IMG/VR virus record: IMGVR_UViG_2061766007_000275
Origin: an uncultured virus (IMG/VR IMGVR_UViG_2061766007_000275)
Lineage: Duplodnaviria; Heunggongvirae; Uroviricota; Caudoviricetes
DNA length: 64,000 bases
Direction: 5' to 3' (one strand)
The notes under the pieces are model-generated. The model saw only the letters and a program-made list of their open reading frames with translations. It was not told the origin of the DNA and did no database searches. Shown piece by piece: positions 48,094 to 58,718 of this stretch. The position numbers and the translations under genes are program-made. Each line of letters opens with the position of its first letter. Positions within the stretch are counted from its first letter, which is position 1.

Positions 48094-49316
48094 CATACTT
48101 TTATGACACTTGCGCTTTGTTAAATAAACAGAGCGCAATTTTAAATAATAACTTCTATATTAGTAACATATCATTAAAAGAATTAGAAAATATAAAAACA
48201 TCAAATACAAAAGATGAATTAATTAAATACACAGCAAGAAAAATTATTAAACTATTAGATGAAAATGAAGATAAATATACTGTAATTGATTATGATAAAA
48301 AATGGGATATTGAACTTGCAAATTATAGTGTATTACCTGATACTAATGATAGTAAAATTATTTTATGTGCATTAAACGCAAAAATCCCAGATCTTGTCTT
48401 TTGTACCGATGATATCTGTTGCAAAAGATTGGCTAAAGATCTTGGATTACAAGTTGAATATATTAAAGATAAACTCGATGATTATAAAGGTTATAGAGAA
48501 ATTGCATTAAATGAAGATGAAATGGCTGAGTTCTATCAACATAAACCTGATCAAGCTAAAAAACTTAAAATGTTAAACAATGAATATCTTATTGTTAAAG
48601 ATACGAATGGCAAGGTTGTTGATAAACTAAAGGCTAAAGATGGAGTATTTGAAGAAGTTGGTTTTCCTTGCTTTGAAAGTCAACAATATGGAAAAGTTAA
48701 ACCTAAAGATGCTTTTCAAGAAATAGCTATGGATAGCTTAAAATATAATAAAATTACAATGCTTGCGGGACCCGCAGGTTCAGGTAAATCATATCTAGCT
48801 ATGGCTTATATGATGACAGCTCTTGAGAAAGGTGCGATAGATCATATAATTATTGTATGTAACCCTATTGCTACACGGGGCGCCGCAAAGTTAGGTTTCT
48901 ATCCCGGAGATAAAGATTGTAAACTATTAGACTCACAAGTTGGCAATTTCTTAAATAGCAAATTTGGAGATCCTATTAGAGTTGAAAGTTTAATAGATAA
49001 TGGCAAAATAATTTTAATACCTCTTTCAGATTTAAGAGGTTATGATACTTCTGGTATGAATGCTTGTATATATATGACAGAAAGCCAGAATACAGATATT
49101 GATTTAATGAAGTTAGTTCTTCAAAGAACAGGTGATGATTGTAAAGTAATTATTGAAGGTGATTATAGTACACAGGTTGACTCCGCATATTATGCTGGGA
49201 TAAATAATGGTATGAAAAGAGCATCTGAAGTATTTAGAGGTCATAATTGTTATGGACAAGTAAATTTACAATCTATTTGGCGTAGTGAAATTGCTGAAAT
49301 AGCAGATCAAATGTAA
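48090..49316 (+). CDS. phoH: PIN-domain PhoH-like ATPase
   Basis: YDTCALL, ELE, NDSKI, TDD (PIN); GPAGSGKS, LGFYPG, LRG, ESQN, GD..Q.D, RSEIA. Confidence 0.88.
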   Translation: MTYFYDTCALLNKQSAILNNNFYISNISLKELENIKTSNTKDELIKYTARKIIKLLDENEDKYTVIDYDKKWDIELANYSVLPDTNDSKIILCALNAKIPDLVFCTDDICCKRLAKDLGLQVEYIKDKLDDYKGYREIALNEDEMAEFYQHKPDQAKKLKMLNNEYLIVKDTNGKVVDKLKAKDGVFEEVGFPCFESQQYGKVKPKDAFQEIAMDSLKYNKITMLAGPAGSGKSYLAMAYMMTALEKGAIDHIIIVCNPIATRGAAKLGFYPGDKDCKLLDSQVGNFLNSKFGDPIRVESLIDNGKIILIPLSDLRGYDTSGMNACIYMTESQNTDIDLMKLVLQRTGDDCKVIIEGDYSTQVDSAYYAGINNGMKRASEVFRGHNCYGQVNLQSIWRSEIAEIADQM

Positions 49317-49416
49317 TAACTAGTCAAGCCCTCTGAGTGAAAGCGAGCGTAATCTCAATTTCAAAATGAGGTCTTGACTTTTTTATTTGAAAAATTAGGA
49401 AAGGAGGAAAAACCCT

Positions 49417-49650
49417 ATGAAACAAAAAGTAACTTTTAAGGAACAATTTGCTAAATTAGTTGATTTAAAATCAATTATTACATTTTTATTAGTTGCAACT
49501 TTAATCTTTCTAGTAACTTTTTTTGCTATTAATAATGGCTCTCTTGATGAAAAATTATTTAATTTGTTTAGTAATATAATTACAATGACAGTTACTTATT
49601 TCTTCACAAGAAAAATGTTTGAAAAGAAAGATGAAGAAGAGAAAGGGTGA
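49417..49650 (+). CDS. Holin-like two-TM protein
   Basis: FAKLVDLKSIIT..TYFF; same family as 38582. Confidence 0.65.
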   Translation: MKQKVTFKEQFAKLVDLKSIITFLLVATLIFLVTFFAINNGSLDEKLFNLFSNIITMTVTYFFTRKMFEKKDEEEKG

Positions 49651-49658
49651 GAATAAAT

Positions 49659-50507
49659 ATGGTAACTCAGTTAGAAGCTTATAATCATTATCAAGAAATT
49701 TTTAATGAAGGTTCTATTTATGTTTGGGGATTTAATGATGGTACTATAATTAATAAAGAAAGTATTACCCAAGCTTATAAATACAATCATACCTCTCAAT
49801 ATGATAAAGATTATTACCAAAAGAAATTGAATGAAGGTAGAGGGAAAAATGGATCCGATTGTTCCGGTGCTCATTATTTATTGTCTGGTTATGATACTAC
49901 TGCCGATGGGTATTATAGATTATGTCACAAAAAAGGAAAAATAAATACCATGCCAAAAGATAAACTTTGTTTATTGTTTGTAGCAAATTCTAAAGGAGAA
50001 ATGAAACACACTGGAGCTTATTTACCTGGCATTGGCGCTTTTCATATGGCTAGTTCTGCACGTAATGCAGTAATTGAAGATCTTTCAATACGTGGTTGGA
50101 CTCATTGGGGATACGCTAATTTTATTAGCGATTATGACACATATAGTTTTGATATTGATCCTCAACCAGATCCTCGTAAATATACTCAAGATAATTTTAT
50201 CGCTGATGTAAATAAGATATTAGGAACTAAGAGTGCGGCCGCCGCATTTGAGAAGACTAAGACAATATCTATTAATTCAAACAAAAATGATGCTTTAGTT
50301 ACTCCACTTGAAAGATATATGAAAGCTTTAGAGTATTATTCAGGTTCTATTGAAGAAGATAAGGGCAAAACCCCAATCTTTGGAGAAGGAATGGAAAAAG
50401 CTATTAAACAATATCAAAAGGAAATTGTAAGAGCTAAACCAAAAAATCAAGATGGAATAGTAACAAAGAAACAAGCTACTTGGAAAAAATTATTAGGATT
50501 ATCTTAA
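49659..50507 (+). CDS. NlpC/P60-like cell-wall hydrolase (endolysin)
   Basis: YVWG, DCSG, HTGAY, WTHWG; PG-binding-like C-terminus. Confidence 0.75.
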   Translation: MVTQLEAYNHYQEIFNEGSIYVWGFNDGTIINKESITQAYKYNHTSQYDKDYYQKKLNEGRGKNGSDCSGAHYLLSGYDTTADGYYRLCHKKGKINTMPKDKLCLLFVANSKGEMKHTGAYLPGIGAFHMASSARNAVIEDLSIRGWTHWGYANFISDYDTYSFDIDPQPDPRKYTQDNFIADVNKILGTKSAAAAFEKTKTISINSNKNDALVTPLERYMKALEYYSGSIEEDKGKTPIFGEGMEKAIKQYQKEIVRAKPKNQDGIVTKKQATWKKLLGLS

Positions 50508-50510
50508 AAT

Positions 50511-50541
50511 GAAGGAGAGTGAAAACTCTCCTTCTTTTTTT
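50511..50541 (+). terminator. Intrinsic terminator
   Basis: GAAGGAGAG/CTCTCCTTC stem plus T run. Confidence 0.75.
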
Positions 50542-50626
50542 GTCCCCGATTTTTTATACAATAATTGACTTTTATAAAAATTTTTGATATAATATATATA
50601 GAATAAAAAAGAAAGGAAAATAAATA

Positions 50627-53600
50627 ATGTCTAAATTATATGATGAAAAAAGTATTGAGTCATTAAGCCCGCTTGAATTTACAAGACTACGTCCAGGTGT
50701 TTATGCTGGTGACACAACTTATTCAACCCAGTTATTAGTTGAAATATTTTCTAATGCTGTTGATGAATTTAATGCTGGTCATGGCGATGTCATTGATGTA
50801 ATTATTGATAAGGATTTAGTTAGTGTCCAAGATTATGGACAAGGTTTTATCTGTAATAATGTGCGGGAAGATGGCAAGACAATCCTTGAGGCTGCTTTCA
50901 GTGTACTTAATACTTCAGGTAAATATCGTGAAGATGGTAGTTATGAAGGAACCTCACTTGGTTCATTTGGTATTGGTTCTAAAATAACTACATTCTTATC
51001 TCACTGGTTAACAGTATGGACTTGGAGAGATAATAAGTTTGAACAAATAGTTTTTAATGAAGGAGTATTTAAAGCAAGAGAAAGCACACCTCATGGTCCA
51101 GATACAGAAATAGAACATGGAACTAGAGTAATGTGGAAACCTTCAGAAGAATTTTTTACTCATACAGAAGTTGAACTTCCAAAAGTAAAATCTTTATTTA
51201 AGACTGTTAGTTGCCTTTGTCCCGGCTTAACTATTAACTTAAAGGTTAATGGAGAAATAGAAAAATATTATTCAGAGAATGGTCTTAATGATTTAGTTAA
51301 TGACGCTGTTGGTGATAAAGAAATTATTAATAATAGATTGGTTATTAATGATGCAGAAGATAAGTATAGATTTAATATGGTTATGACTTATACTTCTAAC
51401 TACTCTGGTACAATAGTTCCTTATGTTAACACAGGTTTAACTGACACTGGAGCGCATATCACTCAGCTTAAAACTTGTTTAACAAGAGAGTTCAATAAAT
51501 ATTTAAGAGAAAAGAAGATTATAAAAGATAAAGATGAAAACTTAACAGGCGATGATATACAAGAAGGTTTATATATTGTATTTAATTATACAGCACCTAA
51601 TGTTAAGTATGATGCTCAAGTTAAGTCAAGAGTAACAGGTATTGAGACAAAGTTTGAAACACAGAGTTTTGTTGAAGGTCTCCTTGATTGGCTTGAAGCA
51701 AATGAGAAAGAAGTTAAGTTAATTGCGGACAAAGCTCTTAACGCGCGCAAGGCTCGTGAAGCAGCTAAGAAAGCTAGAGATGCTGCTCGTCAGACTCAGG
51801 TTAAAAAGAAAGATGCTTTTCTTGAATTTGAAAATAAATTAACTGATTGTTATTCAGAAAAAAGAGAGGATTGTGAAATCTATATTATAGAGGGAGATTC
51901 CGCGGGAGGTAATATGAAGCAAGCCCGCAGTAGAGAATTTCAAGCAGTTCTTCCTTTAAGAGGTAAAGTACTTAATGTTGAGAAAGCAACTCTTGATAAA
52001 ATAATGAAAAATAATGAAATTAGATCAATGATACTTGCTTTTGGTTTACAAGCACAAGGTAATAAACTTACCTTTAAAAAGGAAGATTTGAGATATGGCA
52101 AGATTATTATAATGACAGACGCAGATGTAGACGGTGAACCAAGTGTTAGTGCCGATGAAAAACTTTACGCTTAATCAAGCGGGTAAAAAATTTGGACAAA
52201 TTCCTTTTATGTGATATGTACAGATTTCATATAATTGTGAAAGAGAAAGATTTTTTGCTAACGGGGCATGCTAAATCTATATAATAGATATGCGAATCCC
52301 GTGGGAAACGAATATTTATCCTTTCTCTTTTAATATTTTATAATATAAAGGAGAAAAGTATGATAGGAATTTATAAGATTACAGAAAAAGATAGCTCAAA
52401 TAATTTTTATGTTGGACAATCAAATAATATTGAGAGAAGATTTAAAGAACATATTACTAAAACTTCTGCTCAATCTAGAATACCTTTTGATGATGAAATT
52501 ACTAAAAAAGGTAAAGAAGCTTTTAACTTTGAAGTATTGGAAGAATGTTCTATTGAACAATTAAATGAGAAAGAAAAATATTGGATTCAAAAATTAAATG
52601 CAACTCAAGCAGGAAATAAAAACGAAGGCGGATTAACAGATGTTATTGGATCTCACAATCCTAAAGCCAAACTTACTGAGGAAGATATAATAGTAATTAG
52701 AAAAGCTTATAATAATCATGAACATCAAAAAGATGTATATGACAAATTTTTTAAAGATAGAATTTCTTTTGGGCATTTTCAAAATATATGGCAAGGTAAC
52801 TCTTGGTCTCATATAATGCCTGAAGTTTTTACAGAAGAAAATAAAAATTATTATATATATCTAAATTCTCAAGGTGGTAAAGGCGCATCTGCAAAATTCA
52901 CAGATGAAGAAGTAATTAATCTTCGAACAAGATATATGAAAGAAAGTGCTAAAGAAATATATAAAGATTATTCTGATAGAATTGCGTTTCAAAGTTTCCA
53001 AGCAATGCTTTGGGGTAGAAGCTATTCAAATCTTCCTATTTATAAAAAACAAGAAAAAAAATGGATAAATATTTGAACCTGTATCGACTATCCCCTAAGC
53101 CTTCTGGGCAGGGGAGTAGGGCTGCTATTGATACGCAGTAGAGTTTTAAGTAATGAAGCTCTTTAAATGCCGAAATGGTTTCCTCTTAAAATATTTTAAG
53201 GGTAAAAGATAGTCAGTACTTATTGAAAAATAAGAGAATATGGCTCATATATCAATATTAATGTTAACATTCCTTTGGAGATTTTGTCCTGAACTTATAG
53301 AACAAGGATATGTTTATATAGGAGTTCCACCTTTATATAGAGTTACAATTAATAAAGAATATGTATATCTTAAAGATGATGCTGATCTTATAGAATTTAA
53401 AAAGAAAAATATAAATAAAAAGTTTCAGGTTAACCGTATGAAAGGCTTAGGTGAAATGGACGTAGACGAGACTGAAGTAACATTAACCCATCCTGAAACA
53501 AGAAATATTAAACAAGTAACAGTAGAAGATGTAGAAGCAGTTAATACAATCGTCTCTCAATTAATGGGAGAAAATGCTATTTACAGAAAGAAACTCTTAC

Positions 53601-53638
53601 AAGAACATGGTCACGAAGCTAGATATAATCAGGAGTAA
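50627..53638 (+). CDS. gyrB: Type IIA topoisomerase B subunit; exons 50627-52135 and 53243-53638 (634 aa spliced)
   Basis: RPGVY, EIFSNAVDE, EGDSA, PLRGK, DADVDG|AHI, KGLGEM. Confidence 0.9.
52136..53242 (+). ncRNA. Group I intron in gyrB
   Basis: Exon ends in U with P1 CGGT/GCCG; AATCCCGTGGGAA; P7 GACTATC (53086)/GATAGTC (53208); GAAA-loop P9; terminal G. Confidence 0.88.
52360..53076 (+). CDS. Intron-encoded GIY-YIG homing endonuclease
   Basis: GIYKIT..YVGQS..RFKEH..E..WI; two AK(L/F)T.E...R repeats. Confidence 0.88.
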   Translation: MIGIYKITEKDSSNNFYVGQSNNIERRFKEHITKTSAQSRIPFDDEITKKGKEAFNFEVLEECSIEQLNEKEKYWIQKLNATQAGNKNEGGLTDVIGSHNPKAKLTEEDIIVIRKAYNNHEHQKDVYDKFFKDRISFGHFQNIWQGNSWSHIMPEVFTEENKNYYIYLNSQGGKGASAKFTDEEVINLRTRYMKESAKEIYKDYSDRIAFQSFQAMLWGRSYSNLPIYKKQEKKWINI

Positions 53639-53642
53639 AAAA

Positions 53643-55997
53643 ATGGATACAGTAGAATTATATAATACATTTTGGAATAATAGTTTGGAATATGGTACAG
53701 CAGTCTGTACAGATAGAGCATTGCCCGATGCTTTATCTGGATTAAAACCAGTTCATAGAAGAATTTTATTTTCTATGTATGAGCATGGTAGAACATCTAA
53801 TAAACCTCATACAAAATGTGCTAGATCTGTTGGAGATGTAATGGGTGAATTACATCCACATGGAGATACTTCAATCTATGGAGCAATGGTTAGATTAGCA
53901 CAAGAATGGGTTATGCGTTATCCGCTTATTGACTGGCATGGTAACAAAGGATCTCAAGGTGGAGACGAAGCTGCGGCAATGCGTTATACGGAGTCTAGAT
54001 TAGCTAAAATAACAGAAGATGGTATGCTTGTAGGATTAGATAAAAATAATGTTCCTATGGTAAGAAATTATGATAATACATTAGATGAACCTACAACTTT
54101 ACCCTCTATCTTTCCAAATCTTTTATGCAATCCTAATGATGGTATTGCTTATGGTATGGCTTGTAGCTGGCTTCCGCATAATCTTGGTGAAGTAGCAGAA
54201 GCTATTTATGCAGTAATGCGTGGAGAAGAACCCATGCTTCCCGGACCTGATTTTCCAACAGGTGGAGTTATCTTAAATGCAAAAGATATTCCAGCTATAA
54301 TGAAAACTGGTCACGGTACAATTCGTTATCGTGCAAAATATGAAATAAAGAAAAATGAAATTATTTTCTATGAACTTCCTTACGGGAAAAGCGTTGAAGA
54401 TTTAATTGGGCAATTAAAAGATGCTGTAAGAGGTTTTGATGAAAAGAAAAAAGAAGTTAAAAAGATTGAAGGCATCACTAATATAAGAGATGATAGTGAT
54501 AAAACAGCTTATCGTATTGCTGTTAAGTGTAGCGGAAATCCTGAGTCAATAGCTCAACAAATTTTTGCTCATGGTAAAATTGCACTTCAAACAACTATCT
54601 CTTATAATCAGACTGCTATTTTAAATAAAAGACCTGTTGAATTAAATCTTAAAGATTGTATAGATGTTTATCTTGAACACAATAAAGATTGCTTAACAAA
54701 AGAATTAAAATTTGACATAGCAAAAGCAAAAGATAGATTAGAAATCGTTGAAGGTTTGTTAAAAGCTCTCGCATCTATCGATGATATCATTGCTCTAATC
54801 CGCGGAAGTGAGTCCTCAAGCGCAGCTAAGGTTACTTTAATTGAAAAATATCAATTTACTGATAATCAAGCTAAGGCTATTCTTGCTATGAGATTATCTT
54901 CATTAGCAAAATTAGAGGGCGTTGAACTTGAGAGTGAACATACTGAACTTGCTAATAATCTTGAAAAATGGAACGCAATTCTTAATAGTGAAGAACTTCA
55001 ATTAGGTGTAATTAAAGAAAGACTTGAAGCTATCGTTAAAAAATATGGCGACAAAAGAAGAACTGAACTTACTCATATTGAGATTAAGAAAGAAGAAAAA
55101 GAGATTGAGGCTGTAGTTCCTGAAGATGTAATGGTAGTTATGTCACAGTCAGGTAACGTTAAGAGGATCCCGCTTGCATCATATAAAGTACAAAAGAGAA
55201 ATGGAAAAGGTGTAAAAAATCTTGATGAAGCTACTCTTGCTCTTGTATCAACTAATACTATAAATGCACTTATGGTATTCACTGACAAGGGAAAGATGTA
55301 CCGCTTATTAGTTGATAATATTCCAGAAGGCACTAACGCATCAAAAGGCGTGAATGTAGCAAGTATTTTGAAGATAGATGCTGATGAAAAAGTAATTGCG
55401 GCATCATCATTATACCGTAACACAAAAGCAAAGTATGCAGTATTCTTCACAAAAAATGGTTTAATAAAGAAAACTTCATTAGAAGAATATGCTTCTGTAA
55501 AAAAGACAACAGGAATAATAGCTATTAAGTTCAAAGATGATGACAGTCTTGCGGATGTAACCTTCCTTGATGATGAAGACGTAGTAGTTATAACTCGTGC
55601 GGGAATGGCTATTCACTTCGAGACCAAGTCTATCAATGCGACAGGCAGAGCTACATCCGGAGTTAAAGCTATTAATCTTAATGAAGGTGATGAAGTTGTA
55701 ACAGGTCTTCCTGTCCATAAGACAGATGATCAGATTGCTATTGTAACAACTAATGGTCTTGGTAAGTTATTATCTCAAAAAGATATTCCTTCGCAAGGAC
55801 GTGGCGGTAAAGGTGTTAAGATTGCATCCAACGAGATAGTTGGCGCTGAAATGGTTTCCGCAGAAGATCAGCTACTGATTATGGGCAGACCGAATTCAAT
55901 CTGCATCAATGCAAAAGATATACCTGCAGTTGGTAAAATAGCTCAGGGAAATATAGTAATTAATGGTAGCAAACCTTATAAAGTATGTAAATTATAA
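53643..55997 (+). CDS. gyrA: Type IIA topoisomerase A subunit with beta-pinwheel CTD
   Basis: GLKPVHRR, HPHGD, AAMRYTE, QKRNGKG; start ATG 53643 with RBS. Confidence 0.9.
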   Translation: MDTVELYNTFWNNSLEYGTAVCTDRALPDALSGLKPVHRRILFSMYEHGRTSNKPHTKCARSVGDVMGELHPHGDTSIYGAMVRLAQEWVMRYPLIDWHGNKGSQGGDEAAAMRYTESRLAKITEDGMLVGLDKNNVPMVRNYDNTLDEPTTLPSIFPNLLCNPNDGIAYGMACSWLPHNLGEVAEAIYAVMRGEEPMLPGPDFPTGGVILNAKDIPAIMKTGHGTIRYRAKYEIKKNEIIFYELPYGKSVEDLIGQLKDAVRGFDEKKKEVKKIEGITNIRDDSDKTAYRIAVKCSGNPESIAQQIFAHGKIALQTTISYNQTAILNKRPVELNLKDCIDVYLEHNKDCLTKELKFDIAKAKDRLEIVEGLLKALASIDDIIALIRGSESSSAAKVTLIEKYQFTDNQAKAILAMRLSSLAKLEGVELESEHTELANNLEKWNAILNSEELQLGVIKERLEAIVKKYGDKRRTELTHIEIKKEEKEIEAVVPEDVMVVMSQSGNVKRIPLASYKVQKRNGKGVKNLDEATLALVSTNTINALMVFTDKGKMYRLLVDNIPEGTNASKGVNVASILKIDADEKVIAASSLYRNTKAKYAVFFTKNGLIKKTSLEEYASVKKTTGIIAIKFKDDDSLADVTFLDDEDVVVITRAGMAIHFETKSINATGRATSGVKAINLNEGDEVVTGLPVHKTDDQIAIVTTNGLGKLLSQKDIPSQGRGGKGVKIASNEIVGAEMVSAEDQLLIMGRPNSICINAKDIPAVGKIAQGNIVINGSKPYKVCKL

Positions 55998-56090
55998 TAA
56001 AATAGGCAAGATATAAGTCTTGCCTATTGATTTTTTAAAAAATTTTTGTTATAATATATATAGAAAAAATAAAGAAAGGAAAAATATTAA

Positions 56091-58088
56091 ATGAATATGT
56101 CAGAAACAAAAGCTAGGATTGATGAACTAGTTGAGCAACTTAATAAGTGGCAAGAAGCTTATGATAATGCTAGTCCCCTCGTATCAGATAAAGAGTATGA
56201 TGAACTCTATTATGAATTGATTAAACTAGAAAATAAGAGCGGATACATTCGTAATGATTCTCCAACTAATGAAATAGTATGGTATCCACAAGAAGGATTG
56301 CACAAAGTAGAACATAATCATCTGATGCTTAGTTTGGACAAAACGAAAGAAATCTCAACTGTTAAAGATTTTATTGGCAATAAAGTTGTAATCTTTATGG
56401 CTAAAATGGATGGCTTGACTTGTTCTTTATTATATAAGAATGGTAAGCTTGTAAGAGCCGAAACTCGCGGGAATGGTAGAGTAGGCGAAGACATAACGCA
56501 TAATGCAAGAATACTTGAGTCTATTCCAAAGATACTTCCAACGGAAGGTGAATGGGGAGTTCCCGAAACATTTGTTGTAGATGGAGAAGTTATTTGTGAT
56601 TATGAAACTTTTCAACAATTCGCAAATGAATATGCAACGCCAAGAAACTTTTCAGCAGGTAGTATTAGATTGTTAGATCCTAAAGAATGTGCCAAACGAA
56701 ATTTAAAATTTGTGGCTTGGGATATTATTCAAAATGATACTACTACTTATGATTGGTTAGATGATAAATTTCGTCATCTAGATAATTTAGGTTTCATAAC
56801 AGTTCCTTATATCGTAGATGTAGCAGTATGGTCTGTGCAAAATGAGACTTGGGTTAATAAGGATATTGAATATATTAAAACTCTTAGTGAAAAAATGCAC
56901 TATCCTATTGACGGTGTAGTTATTAAGTATAATAATGTAGCTTACTACAACAAACAAGGACGTACTGCACATCATTATCTTGGCGGGCTTGCCTATAAAT
57001 TCTACGATGAAGAATATGAAACAACATTGAAGTATATTGACTTTGATGTATCCAGAAATGGAATTTTAACTCCAGTTGCAGTTTTTGAACCGATTAATAT
57101 TGATGGCACTATATGTGAGAGAGCAAGTTTACATAATATGAGTGTTATGGAAGAATTGCTTGGGTGTCCTTGTACTGGTCAAAAGCTATGGATTGTTAAA
57201 GCAAATCAAATTATTCCACAAGTTAGTCATGCAGATAAGTTAGATTATGCACAAGCAGTAAGGCATAATAGATGTACATTAGTACAAGATTGGTATCAAT
57301 GTCCAATATGTGGGCATATTGCTGAAGAGCGGAAGTCCGCTTCAGGCGTAAAAGTTCTTTATTGCACAAATGAAAAATGTGAAGGTAAACTTGCACAACA
57401 GGTAGATCATTATTGTAGTAATAAAGGAATGGAGATAAAAGGATTATCAAGAAAGACTATTGAGAAGTTAATTGATTGGGGCTGGCTAAACTCTATTAAG
57501 GATTTATATGACTTACAAAAGTATAGAAATGAATGGGCAAGTAAAGATGGCTTTGGCGTTGTATCTGTAGATAAGATATTAAGCGCAATAGAAGCTTCAA
57601 AACATAATGTAAATCTTGTTCAATTTATTGCGGCGATGGGTATTCCGCTTATAGGAACTACCGCAGCGCAGAGTTTAACCAATGAATTTAAAACTTGGGA
57701 CAAATTTATTAAATCTATTGAAGATAAATTTGATTTTAATTGTCTCTTCGGATTTGGTCCGGAGATGTCACAAGCCCTATATAAATTTGATTACACAGAA
57801 ATGAAAGATATAGCATCATTACTTGACTTTAAAGAAAATGAAGAAAAGGATGAAGAAAAGATATATGAAGGTCTAACATTCTGCGTCACAGGTAAATTAA
57901 CTAAGTGGAAAAATAGAGATGAGTTAAAAAAATATATTTCAGATCGTGGTGGAAAAGTCACTGATAGCGTAAGTGTTAAAACTAACTATTTAATAAATAA
58001 TGATATTAATTCTACGAGTAGTAAAAATAAAAAAGCAAAAGAATTAAACATACCTATATTAACGGAGGAAGATTTCTTAAAACTATGA
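56091..58088 (+). CDS. ligA: NAD-dependent DNA ligase
   Basis: MLSLDK, KMDG, DGVVIK, AYKF, Zn finger, BRCT. Confidence 0.93.
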   Translation: MNMSETKARIDELVEQLNKWQEAYDNASPLVSDKEYDELYYELIKLENKSGYIRNDSPTNEIVWYPQEGLHKVEHNHLMLSLDKTKEISTVKDFIGNKVVIFMAKMDGLTCSLLYKNGKLVRAETRGNGRVGEDITHNARILESIPKILPTEGEWGVPETFVVDGEVICDYETFQQFANEYATPRNFSAGSIRLLDPKECAKRNLKFVAWDIIQNDTTTYDWLDDKFRHLDNLGFITVPYIVDVAVWSVQNETWVNKDIEYIKTLSEKMHYPIDGVVIKYNNVAYYNKQGRTAHHYLGGLAYKFYDEEYETTLKYIDFDVSRNGILTPVAVFEPINIDGTICERASLHNMSVMEELLGCPCTGQKLWIVKANQIIPQVSHADKLDYAQAVRHNRCTLVQDWYQCPICGHIAEERKSASGVKVLYCTNEKCEGKLAQQVDHYCSNKGMEIKGLSRKTIEKLIDWGWLNSIKDLYDLQKYRNEWASKDGFGVVSVDKILSAIEASKHNVNLVQFIAAMGIPLIGTTAAQSLTNEFKTWDKFIKSIEDKFDFNCLFGFGPEMSQALYKFDYTEMKDIASLLDFKENEEKDEEKIYEGLTFCVTGKLTKWKNRDELKKYISDRGGKVTDSVSVKTNYLINNDINSTSSKNKKAKELNIPILTEEDFLKL

Positions 58089-58261
58089 ATGAAAAATTAA
58101 AAAAAATTGCACATGAAATTTGTGAATTAGAAAAAGCAATGCGAGAAGAGCCTGAACGTCAGGCTAATCTTCAAAAGACAATGGATAAAATCATGGGTAA
58201 GCTAACAATGGAAGAAATGATGCTGATTGATGATTACATATTATCCGAGTGCAATATTTAA
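58085..58261 (+). CDS. 58-aa hypothetical protein
   Basis: Manual translation MNEKLKKIAHEICELE...; ATGA coupling to ligase. Confidence 0.5.
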   Translation: MNEKLKKIAHEICELEKAMREEPERQANLQKTMDKIMGKLTMEEMMLIDDYILSECNI

Positions 58262-58385
58262 TAGTTGATTTTTTAAAAAATTTTTGTTATAATATTTATA
58301 GAAAAAGTTAATAAAGAAAAAATATTTTTCTTTCATTATATTTTATTAAAAAAAATTTTATTTAGAAAAAGGAGAAAAGAAAAAA

Positions 58386-58661
58386 ATGGCACTTAAAGAA
58401 AATTCAAAATTAGTATGGCAGTATTTAAAGGACAATGCAGACAACGAGACAATTATCTTGGATGACATCGCAGCAGCAACAGGACTTACCGTTAAGCAGG
58501 TAAATGGTTGTGTACTTGGTCTTCAGAGAGTAACTGAGAAGAAACCCGCTTATGCTAAGCGTGTTGAGGGTGAAATCGAAAAGCCTGAGGGTGGCACAAA
58601 GAAAGTTAAGTTCATCTCTCTTACAGAGGCAGGACTTGCACTTGATCCTGATGCAGAATAA
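58386..58661 (+). CDS. Small winged-helix DNA-binding protein
   Basis: DIAAATGLTVKQVNG..KFISLTEAG; own promoter and terminator. Confidence 0.65.
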   Translation: MALKENSKLVWQYLKDNADNETIILDDIAAATGLTVKQVNGCVLGLQRVTEKKPAYAKRVEGEIEKPEGGTKKVKFISLTEAGLALDPDAE

Positions 58662-58673
58662 TTAAATAGCATA

Positions 58674-58704
58674 GGGGGATTATAACTAATCCCCCAATTT
58701 TTTT
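58674..58704 (+). terminator. Intrinsic terminator
   Basis: GGGGGATTA/TAATCCCCC stem plus T run. Confidence 0.7.
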
Positions 58705-58718
58705 ATCGAGGTAATAAT

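Noticed and set aside
52136..53242. gyrB pseudogene, intein or natively split gene
   Set aside because: In-frame stop excludes an intein; group I elements and exact motif rejoining explain it
53850..53885. Quinolone-resistance allele (HPHGDTSIYG)
   Set aside because: Such residues vary naturally among type IIA enzymes; nothing can be concluded from sequence alone
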